Source of the DNA: Geotalea uraniireducens Rf4
GTDB taxonomy: Bacteria; Desulfobacterota; Desulfuromonadia; Geobacterales; Geobacteraceae
Direction: 5' to 3'
Length of the DNA stretch: 32,000 nucleotides
Assembly: GCF_000016745.1 (NCBI RefSeq)
Contig: NC_009483.1
Coordinates: 3,660,001-3,692,000 of the forward strand
Notes under the pieces: model-generated
Database searches by the model: none
Told to the model about the DNA's origin: nothing
Seen by the model: only the letters and a program-made list of their open reading frames with translations
Shown: positions 9,552-17,310 of the stretch, piece after piece
Layout: each line of letters begins with the position of its first letter
Numbering within the stretch: position 1 is the first letter of the stretch
Made by a program: the position numbers and the translations under genes

Positions 9552-9715
9552 TTGACCACCTCTCTACCCCTTAGCTTACAGAGCTATCGAGGCGACAACA
9601 ATACTGACACGAGGGGAGCATGGCAGAACAGATAGATGGTATGAGCTTCAAAATAGTGCTTTGAAAGTTTACACGCATCCAATTGTGACTGAATATTATA
9701 TGAAATTAAAATGAC

Positions 9716-9757
9716 AGTCTCGGTTTATGTTGCGATTTATTCGGTGAATATTGGCAA
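9716..9757. repeat. Copy B of the 42-nt conserved noncoding block
   Basis: agtctcggtttatgttgcgatttattcggtgaatattggcaa, 36/42 identical to 4774-4815 in the same orientation. Confidence 0.85.
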
Positions 9758-9962
9758 TGCGGGTAGATGATAACTGGATTGAGCCTGGCAAAGGAGATCT
9801 ATGGCGGTACGGCGTTGCTCAAGTCAACATGTGTCAACAATCAGAGTCAGCCGCCCCTGTGCTGGTTCCCGGGAATCCGAAAGTGGTATCAGATCTAACG
9901 AAATGACAATCAAAAGCTGGATACTACCAGGCCAATCGCCCTGTTATCGGCTTCATGTACCT

Positions 9963-10763
9963 TTAGCTTAATCTAAGGCCATTTTTTACGTTTTTACGGT
10001 ATTTCGATGGAGGATAACCAACAATCTTTTTAAAGGTTTTTCCGAAATGCGTTATATCCTCATACCCCACTTCAAAAGCAACATCAGTAATAGAATAGTT
10101 CGTTTTGAGTAACACCATTGCAGTCTCGATTCGTATGTTGTTTAGGTGGTCCTGGTATGTTATTCCCATTATTTTTTTAAATATCTTGGAAAAATGATAC
10201 ATGGACATTCCGGCATGATCTGCCACAGTGCCAAGTCGTATTTTAGTCCGATAATGATCATCTATAAAGTTAAGTGCTTTTTGCATTTTGTTGCTATAGC
10301 GATTATTTGCTTCAATGTCATCAATCTCTTTTTTAATTCGGCAATTATGATACGCTATCCCATTATTTTTCTCGGCTGCTGCTGTATTCCTGCCAGGAAC
10401 TAAAGCTAGGATAATTCTCCTTAGCTCGGTAAAATCTATGGGCTTATTGACGTAGTCTCCAGCACCGTTCCGAAATGACTGCACTGCAAGTTCCTCACTA
10501 CCGCACGAGGTTGTTAAAATAACTGACACATGCGGCTTAAGCGCCTTTATTTGCCGCAAAACATCCAAGCCGGAAATGTCTGGAAGTTTGTCGTCCAAGA
10601 CAACCAAATCAATATCACCTAGATGCTTTATTGCCTCTACGGCGTCAATACCGCAGTCAACAACTTCGACCTCGAAATCATGGCCCATGATAGCCATGAA
10701 GCAGTTGGCAAATTCATTATCGTCATCAACTAATAACAGTTTATGTTTGATATTTATTTCCAT
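9963..10763 (-). CDS. Response regulator with receiver domain and AraC-type HTH output
   Basis: 266 aa. REC motifs are LLLVDDDNEF and DLVVLDDKLPDISGLDVL...YVNKP. The C-terminal AraC HTH is HFSKIFKKIMGITYQDHLNNIRIE...GYEDITHFGKTFKK. Confidence 0.9.
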   Translation of the reverse strand: MEINIKHKLLLVDDDNEFANCFMAIMGHDFEVEVVDCGIDAVEAIKHLGDIDLVVLDDKLPDISGLDVLRQIKALKPHVSVILTTSCGSEELAVQSFRNGAGDYVNKPIDFTELRRIILALVPGRNTAAAEKNNGIAYHNCRIKKEIDDIEANNRYSNKMQKALNFIDDHYRTKIRLGTVADHAGMSMYHFSKIFKKIMGITYQDHLNNIRIETAMVLLKTNYSITDVAFEVGYEDITHFGKTFKKIVGYPPSKYRKNVKNGLRLS

Positions 10764-10972
10764 CTATGGCCTGCCAGAGTTTTGTTATAACGCATCGTCG
10801 GAGGCTTGGATAGCCGCATAGGGCTGGAAGCCCTTCATCTTGGGTTTTGGCCACCGTTCCGGTCGTTCGAGGATGGGCGCCGGATGGCATCACGGAGCCG
10901 TGGGTGACCCGAAAACGTGTGGCAGCCGCTCCGTGGCAGCCGCTCCGTGGCAGCCGGCTGCGGCAATGCCAC

Positions 10973-13267
10973 TCAGCAGCGAGCCAGCGCCTCGAAACGT
11001 GCGTTCAGAAGATCCGCCGTCTCGATCATCAGTTTTTCGCCGATCTCGTCGACTTTGCGGTTGCGCCAATTCTCCAGTGGGGTCCCTTTCATCCACTGGT
11101 TGAAAGCGCCAAGCGAGGGGCCGCACTGGACCTGGTAATCGACCTCCTGTCCCGGCCTCCCCTCCAGCGCCGCCTCGGTGCTGTGCCTGAAGTACCACTT
11201 GAAGAGGAAAGCGAGTTTCTGCTTAGGGTTACGCTCCAACCTCTCCTTATCCTCGGGAGAGCGGGAGGAGAGCATCTCGCGGTAGACATCCTCGAAGCTC
11301 CGCTTGAAATATTTCTCCTCAAGCATTTTCTTGGTCTTCTGGTCGATGTCGTTTATGGAGTTGTACTGCCGGTACAGCTCGTAAAGCTTGTTGGCACGGG
11401 AAGGGAAGAAGACCCCGCGCTTCATGACCTGAACCTTGGCACCGAGTTCGAACATATCTCCGGCCGGTGCGTAAGCCGTGTCCTGCATGTTCACCCCCTG
11501 GAGCATGTCTTTCACCGCGTCGCTGGTCCTCGCCTCGACAGTGCATTGGTTGATCGAGCCGGTCAGAATGAAATCAGCTCCCATGATGAGAGCCGCAGCA
11601 GCGGCCTCGGGGGTACCGATCCCGCCGGCTGCGCCGACCCGGACCTCCTTCCGGTAACCGTACCTCTGCACCAGTTCATCGCGCAGCTTCCGAATGGTGG
11701 GAAGGAGGGCGTAGGCCACGGCCCCGTCAGTGTGCCCTCCGGAATCGGCCTCGGCGCAGAGGTCGTCTGCTACCGGTATCTCCTTCAACAGCGCCGCCTG
11801 CTCTTGAGTTATGCTCCGCTCCTGGAGCAGCTTCTCTACCACCCGCTCCGGTGCCGGCGAAAGAAACGCCTCAGCTATCTCCGGCCTCGACACCTTGGCG
11901 ATGATCCGGGTAGCACCCGTGACGGTCCCATCTCCGGAGCGCCGCAGCCCCTGAGCCCGATATCTCACGAGCGCAGGGGTAATGATAAGATAGGCAGAGG
12001 CCTCGACGACCTTCACCCCGTACTTCAGCAGGATATCGACCTTCTGATCCTCGCGGCTCGGGTCGTTGGGGCTATGGAGCAGGTTGACGCCGTACGGCTC
12101 TCCTGCGGTGAGTTTTCCCTGTATGTACTGCACCGCGGCTTCGAGTTCCTGCACCTTCGTTCCGCCGGAGCCCCAGAAACCGAGCATTCCCGCTTGGCCC
12201 AGCTTGACCACCATCTCGGGCGATGAGATCCCCCGGTACATGGAACCGGCTACGTAGGCATACCTCAGATTGTAATCCTGCCTAAAGCTCCTGTTTCCCA
12301 AGTTTGTGGCCGTGATGGCTCCCGAAAGCCCTCCCGCCTCCCTTGCTTGACTGACGACGCTGGCAGCTGGCTGCCGCGCTTTCGCCTCCTCCGGCCGGAT
12401 CACCTCCTCCTCAACGACCAGCGGTTGGGGCTGCCTCCGGATCGTCTCCACCAGGGAGCTAAGTACGTTGCCGGGGCCGATTTCCTCGAAAGTGTCTACT
12501 CCTTTCCCCATCAGGTAGCGGATCGACTCGGTCCATTTCACCGACTGGGAGATCTGCTTCACCAGGTTTGCTTTCACGTCCCCCTTGTAAGGGCGGGCCT
12601 CGACGTTCGAAATTACCGGTATCTCCAGCGGCGAGAAGGTGAATTGCTGGAGGAACGCTTCAAACTCCTTTTGCGAAGCCTTCATGTAGCGGGAATGGAA
12701 GGCCCCGCTGACGTTCAGAGGTATGTAGATGGTCCCCGCCGCCTCGAAGATTGGCGCAATGCGCAGGATCTCTTCTTTCGGCCCAGCAACCACGGTTTGC
12801 GACGGGGCGTTGATGTTGGCAATATCTATGGTCTCTATTTTGTTGCGGCGCAGGATATCCTCCACCTGGTCGGCGCTGACCCCCATCACCGCGGCCATCC
12901 CCCCTCCGGTTGCCTGGCTCATCAGTTGGCCCCGCTTTTGAACCAGCTTGAGCCCCGTCTCGAAATCGAAAGCCTTCCCGGCAAAGAGCGCGTTGTACTC
13001 CCCGAGGCTATGACCGGCAAGGTAATCCGGGCGCATTCCCGTCTCCTGCACCTTCTTCAGGTAGCTCAAGGCATTGACCACGAAAAGTGCCGGCTGGGTG
13101 AACTGGGTTTGCACCAACTGTTTGTGCCGGTCTTCAAGGCACAGGGCCTTTAGGGAATAACCGAGTATGGTGTCTGCCTTTGCAACGAGATCTGGAAACT
13201 CATCGAAGAGGGTGCCCCCCATCCCTTTCTGCTGCGAACCCTGCCCCGGAAAGATATGCGTAACCAT
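10973..13267 (-). CDS. Trans-acting acyltransferase fused to an FMN-type enoyl reductase (PksE/BaeE-like AT-ER)
   Basis: N-terminal FabD-like AT has FPGQGSQ, GHSLGEY, Arg at the FabD R117-equivalent position (LVQKRGQLM) and GAFHS. The C-terminal nitropropane-dioxygenase/PfaD-like ER has GGIGTPEAAAAALIMGADFILTGS. The longest ORF starts at 13285. ATG 13267 has an AAGGGGA RBS and gives MVTHIFPGQGSQ. Confidence 0.9.
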   Translation of the reverse strand: MVTHIFPGQGSQQKGMGGTLFDEFPDLVAKADTILGYSLKALCLEDRHKQLVQTQFTQPALFVVNALSYLKKVQETGMRPDYLAGHSLGEYNALFAGKAFDFETGLKLVQKRGQLMSQATGGGMAAVMGVSADQVEDILRRNKIETIDIANINAPSQTVVAGPKEEILRIAPIFEAAGTIYIPLNVSGAFHSRYMKASQKEFEAFLQQFTFSPLEIPVISNVEARPYKGDVKANLVKQISQSVKWTESIRYLMGKGVDTFEEIGPGNVLSSLVETIRRQPQPLVVEEEVIRPEEAKARQPAASVVSQAREAGGLSGAITATNLGNRSFRQDYNLRYAYVAGSMYRGISSPEMVVKLGQAGMLGFWGSGGTKVQELEAAVQYIQGKLTAGEPYGVNLLHSPNDPSREDQKVDILLKYGVKVVEASAYLIITPALVRYRAQGLRRSGDGTVTGATRIIAKVSRPEIAEAFLSPAPERVVEKLLQERSITQEQAALLKEIPVADDLCAEADSGGHTDGAVAYALLPTIRKLRDELVQRYGYRKEVRVGAAGGIGTPEAAAAALIMGADFILTGSINQCTVEARTSDAVKDMLQGVNMQDTAYAPAGDMFELGAKVQVMKRGVFFPSRANKLYELYRQYNSINDIDQKTKKMLEEKYFKRSFEDVYREMLSSRSPEDKERLERNPKQKLAFLFKWYFRHSTEAALEGRPGQEVDYQVQCGPSLGAFNQWMKGTPLENWRNRKVDEIGEKLMIETADLLNARFEALARC

Positions 13268-13284
13268 GTTAGTTCCCCTTCTCA

Positions 13285-14280
13285 TTATCTTAGTTTTTTG
13301 GTGGTAACCGAACCTATCTGCTGAAGAGATTTCATCTCCTGATGGTAGGGAGTTATCACTGCATAGGTCTCAGAGCGCGAATCGAGCGCGAGATTTCTCC
13401 TCACGAAATTGGCGAGTGTCCCTCCCGGGCCGAGGTCGAGATAAATCATAGGTCCGTCCTTTTCCAGTTCCCTGAGCGCTTCGGTAAAGAGGATCCGCTG
13501 TCTGATGACGTCCCAGAAATAATGTCCCGTAAAGTTTTCCGTGACCGTCCCGGTCAGGCAGGACGCAAAAGGGACGCTGGGAGGGAGAAACTTCTTGGCG
13601 TCAAGGTATTCCCGATAAGGCGTGGCGGCAGGATCTATCAGAGAGGAATGAAAGGCATATGATACCGGGAGAGACTGGGAAAGAATCCTCTCTTTGGCGA
13701 GAAACGCGCGGATCTCCTTGATCTTTTCGGGGAAGCCGGAAATTACGAAGTGGGTATCATAATTGATCGAGACTAGCTCCGAGTTTTGGTAAAGGATCGG
13801 CGCCGACTGGTAAAAAGCGGCGTCGTAAAGGATGGCCAGCATGGAGCCGCCACGGCAATGGTTGATCAGAGTCTTGGCCTGCACAAGGACCGCTTCTAGA
13901 AGCTCCTCGACCTCGGCGACGCCCGCCACCGCAGCCGAAGTAAATTCCCCCAAGCTGCAGCCCAAAGTGGCGCAGGGGAGCACACCGTCCTGAATCAACG
14001 CCTGGGCCAGAGCATATTCGACCATGAATATCGCGGGATGGGTATGGAGGATCTGGTTGAACGGTTCGCTGGGATCCCCCCCCGACCGGTAGAGCAGCTT
14101 CGCCAGGGACTCGCCGATGAGACCGGAGGCAACACCATCGAGCTTGTCGAACGTCTGCCGGAACCCCCTGTGCCCCTTGTAAAGCTCTTTGGCCATGCCG
14201 TAATACTGGGAACCCTGACCGGAAAACATATACACGACTGAATTTGTCACTCTACCTATCCTTACATTCTGGTTCTTCAC
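13285..14280 (-). CDS. Free-standing AT-like protein with non-canonical active-site residues (candidate acyl hydrolase or atypical AT)
   Basis: FSGQGSQ and YAFHS motifs. The nucleophile elbow reads GCSLGE rather than GHSxGE, and Gln sits 25 residues after the Ser where FabD has R117. An alternative GTG start at 14250 has an AAGGA RBS. Confidence 0.85.
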   Translation of the reverse strand: MKNQNVRIGRVTNSVVYMFSGQGSQYYGMAKELYKGHRGFRQTFDKLDGVASGLIGESLAKLLYRSGGDPSEPFNQILHTHPAIFMVEYALAQALIQDGVLPCATLGCSLGEFTSAAVAGVAEVEELLEAVLVQAKTLINHCRGGSMLAILYDAAFYQSAPILYQNSELVSINYDTHFVISGFPEKIKEIRAFLAKERILSQSLPVSYAFHSSLIDPAATPYREYLDAKKFLPPSVPFASCLTGTVTENFTGHYFWDVIRQRILFTEALRELEKDGPMIYLDLGPGGTLANFVRRNLALDSRSETYAVITPYHQEMKSLQQIGSVTTKKLR

Positions 14281-14285
14281 TGAGA

Positions 14286-15131
14286 TTACGATACGTCGTC
14301 GGTGAACAGTCCCTTAAAAATCTTTTGAACGTCGATTTCTATTTCCGTTCTTTTGGGGCAGGTTAGAGAAACAAAGAAATCGGCCATCTTAAATGAAATA
14401 GACTTGTATTGAGAAAAGTTTGAGAAAGTGGATTCTATTAAACCGCCACGTGCTGAGACTCTCGATATCTCGAACACGCTGAAAGGCGTCATCAGTCCGG
14501 TTCTGAGCGATTTCGATAGCGATTCTTTAATGGTCCACGCCATAGTCAAAATGGAGTTGTAATCTAATGCTGACCATTCGTTGAGCGTGTCTAACTCCTT
14601 ACGCGTCATCTCTTTTTCGATAACTTTCGCTTTGGTTGCATCCACCCTCTCTATGTCAATCCCCATCTGGTGGGCAGAAGGAAAGACCAGAGCGGCACCG
14701 ATCTCCGATGCATGCGAGATGCTTATTTCCAGCCGTTCCCCTTGTGTCGAACTGTTACTGATTAGGGGATTATTAAATACACCGTAGTGTATTCGGATAT
14801 CTTCTGGTTTTTCGTTGGACACCAAAGACACTGCCTTTTTCGCCGCGTACCTCCCGATGAGAAAACTCTGTTTCCGCTTCTCGGAGCTCACCCCCGCGTA
14901 ATAGGCGAACTCTTCGCTTGTCAACAGGGAGGCAACGAGACGCTCCGAAGGCAACAAAGGGCAGCGGCACAAACATAGGGCCCCCTGGTTCAGACTCTCC
15001 GGACGACGCAGCCACAACCGAGCGCTATAGGCGCGACACCACCCCCTTGGGGAAAAAACCTCGTGTTGTTGAATCAGCCGCTCCAATGGATGCGATGCTT
15101 CGGTGCTTTTGGCAACCACTTTATCTCCCAT
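14286..15131 (-). CDS. Sfp-type 4'-phosphopantetheinyl transferase
   Basis: ISISHASEIGAALVF, MGIDIERV and WTIKESLSKS motifs. The longest ORF (to 15263) overlaps the upstream gene. ATG 15131 lies 17 nt after that gene's stop. The start is uncertain because there is no clear RBS. Confidence 0.8.
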   Translation of the reverse strand: MGDKVVAKSTEASHPLERLIQQHEVFSPRGWCRAYSARLWLRRPESLNQGALCLCRCPLLPSERLVASLLTSEEFAYYAGVSSEKRKQSFLIGRYAAKKAVSLVSNEKPEDIRIHYGVFNNPLISNSSTQGERLEISISHASEIGAALVFPSAHQMGIDIERVDATKAKVIEKEMTRKELDTLNEWSALDYNSILTMAWTIKESLSKSLRTGLMTPFSVFEISRVSARGGLIESTFSNFSQYKSISFKMADFFVSLTCPKRTEIEIDVQKIFKGLFTDDVS

Positions 15132-15148
15132 GGGGGCAGCAAGCTGTG

Positions 15149-15850
15149 TCACTTGAATGCGAAGGAGTTGGTCTGTCCTTTGCGCATCCGAAAATCGACG
15201 AATTGTCTTTTGCTCTCTAGGTGGAAATAGATGTTGTGCTCCATGACCGAAGCGAGGCTGCAACCGGGAGCGCGCCCATAACAGTGACCCGGAAAGACAG
15301 AAACGTGCGGCTCGACCGTCCGCTTTATCCTCTGAATGCTCTCAAACATCCCCGACGCAGATCCCCCCTCTGTGGTACATATGCCGCACCCCTCGACAAA
15401 TACGGTGTCTCCCGTGAACAGGCTGTGCGACAGCAGATAACACATGCTGCCGGTGGTATGGCCCGGGGTCAGGAGACAGTTGATTAACGTCTCTCCCAGC
15501 CGTATCTGATCGAGATGCTCTGCGGCGAAGAGGTTGTCGCAGGAGAACTGGTAGTAATCCCTTTCCTGCCGGGAGAGTATCACCTTCGGGTCGTACTCTC
15601 GGACCAACGGGGCCACCAGATTGACATGGTCGTAATGGGAGTGGGTCAGCAGTATCATCGTTGGTCTCGCGCCCATCTCTTGCAACTTCCCCTGTAACGC
15701 CTCCAGATCCCAGGCCGGATCGACGATCGCCGCCTCGCCGGAAAAACGGTCCAAGATGATGTAGCAGTAGTTGATCATGAACTGATAACAGATCCTGAGA
15801 GGGAATACCTGGTACCCCTGAATATCGGTACGACACCCTGATGAAGTCAT
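15149..15850 (-). CDS. Metallo-beta-lactamase fold hydrolase (glyoxalase II-like, PksB/BaeB-like)
   Basis: 233 aa with AAGGGG RBS. The LLTHSHYDHV (HxHxDH) motif is present, plus TPGHTTGS and later His/Asp ligands. Confidence 0.85.
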   Translation of the reverse strand: MTSSGCRTDIQGYQVFPLRICYQFMINYCYIILDRFSGEAAIVDPAWDLEALQGKLQEMGARPTMILLTHSHYDHVNLVAPLVREYDPKVILSRQERDYYQFSCDNLFAAEHLDQIRLGETLINCLLTPGHTTGSMCYLLSHSLFTGDTVFVEGCGICTTEGGSASGMFESIQRIKRTVEPHVSVFPGHCYGRAPGCSLASVMEHNIYFHLESKRQFVDFRMRKGQTNSFAFK

Positions 15851-15916
15851 AGCCCCTTACGTTGCATCGGCGGGACGGCAATTCGCCGAAGATCTACCGC
15901 CGAGGCGGCACGCCCT

Positions 15917-16174
15917 TTAGATCCTTTTCAGGTGCTCAAGCAAGTAATCATCGTACAGCTCGGGCCTTGGACAATTCTGCAAGGGTCTCGCAACTTTCTG
16001 TCCCTGTTCATTCCGCACCATCACAGTCTTGGCGCCGAGATCACAGCCGGAATCGGAGGTAGCGGCCAAGCAGCCTTCGCAACCGGGCCACATGATCAAC
16101 TCGGCTAGGGCGTTGGTCACACTCTGGCCAGAAGGCGCCGTAAAGCTACCCTTCATTTCTTTTGTCATGGACAC
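15917..16174 (-). CDS. Small hypothetical protein (85 aa) with four Cys; first gene of the trans-acting PKS operon
   Basis: GGAGG RBS 5 nt before the ATG. The gene shares strand with the MBL gene and lies 66 nt upstream of it. Sequence includes WPGCEGCLAATSDSGCDLG...QNCP. I recognise no family. Confidence 0.55.
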   Translation of the reverse strand: MSMTKEMKGSFTAPSGQSVTNALAELIMWPGCEGCLAATSDSGCDLGAKTVMVRNEQGQKVARPLQNCPRPELYDDYLLEHLKRI

Positions 16175-16201
16175 CTCCGCAGAAAATTTAGTTGCCGCAA
16201 C

Positions 16202-16738
16202 TCATAGTTTCAGCGGTGCAAGTTTCTGGTTCTGGCGCCTGTCGAAGCGGCCGTCGCGGCTATAGCCGAACCGACGAAAGTCGTCCTCGACGAGCGAGCG
16301 GTCTCCGTCGAACCAAGTCGAGGTGATGTCGTAAAAGACGAGGTCCCCCTCGGGCCTGTCCCGGTCACGAAACGCCTTGGCGAGCAGAGGCTCCGGCCAG
16401 CTCTCTGCAGAATCCGTCCGATCCCGATGCCGGCTATTGCGGCCACAAGGGGAAGGGATACCAGATACAGTCATGGAGACGTATTCCCCGGACAAGAACC
16501 AGCCGAATCTGATTACGCATGTCAAGGTCGAGGCCGCTCGCGAGAGCGAGGCCCAGGCCATTTTCACGCTACTCCTAATTGCTCCTATCAATGGTGATAG
16601 TGACTGTGCAGCTACCTTTTTTCTTCTCGATATTGGCGCAGTCTCTCGACGAATCCATCCTGTTATCGGCTTTCGGTTTATGAAAGAATCAAGAGCGGCA
16701 CAGTATCCGCCGGAATGAACGTCGAGGCGTGGCCTCAA
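16202..16738 (-). pseudogene. IS1634/IS4-like transposase remnant
   Basis: The C-terminal part of the ORF reads DLVFYDITSTWFDGDRSLVEDDFRRFGYSRDGRFDRRQ. This matches the conserved YDxTSxYFEG...GYSRDxRxDxxQ block near the N-terminus of IS1634-type transposases. The rest is Arg/Ser-rich and looks frameshifted, and no downstream DDE domain is present. Confidence 0.55.
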
Positions 16739-17310
16739 AGGACCAAGTCTCTGTCAAAACCCGATTTACCGCACCCTTCTCCGTTCAAGGTAGTTCATCA
16801 GAGGAGATCTGAGAAGTGGCCGCAGGTTGGCGTGCTTGCCACCTGTAATGCAGAATGTCTGAAGTGTCTGGACATTTTTTACAAAATCTCCCTAATCGTC
16901 GCATAATTAACCCTACTACATTAAACTGGTATTCAAAAAACTGTGTTACTAGTATCTATTTTCGCAAAAGAAATCACCTGTGCTTAAGGACAGGTGATTT
17001 CTTTCAGTGAACGGGGAGCTGTCGAATCCGGCTCTCTTCTGAACATGTTAGCTGCTACGAACGCCGTCAATTCTGGCCACCTGAAGGCGGTTATCTAGAC
17101 CTTCTTCCCTCCATTTCTTATCACTCACTTATTCACTTCAATCGTCCACTTCACAACCTGTTCAAGTAAGCCCGCTGACGCGGCAGTAAAATCATAACCC
17201 GCCGACTTCCCCGCCCCTTTTCCTCGCCGACTGACATAAATCCTTCCGTACCAGCCGTTCAATCACGTATTTCCTCTTTCGTAGCCATCACACTCGAAAG
17301 GAGAAGGGAC

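Noticed and set aside
10919-10956. 14-bp tandem repeat gtggcagccgctcc (2.7 copies) just downstream of the AT-ER stop, checked as a possible CRISPR or regulatory array
   Set aside because: There are no spacers and the unit is too short and too few in number for CRISPR. It is most simply a slippage-generated microsatellite in the intergenic region, possibly part of a weak terminator (palindrome gcagccggctgc).
10847-12226. 459-aa ORF on the plus strand, plus neighbouring plus-strand ORFs at 12347-13153 and 12729-12941
   Set aside because: It lies antisense to the AT-ER gene, which carries unmistakable FabD and enoyl-reductase motifs. The product is Arg/Leu/Gly-rich with no recognisable motif. 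This is the typical open antisense frame of a GC-rich gene.
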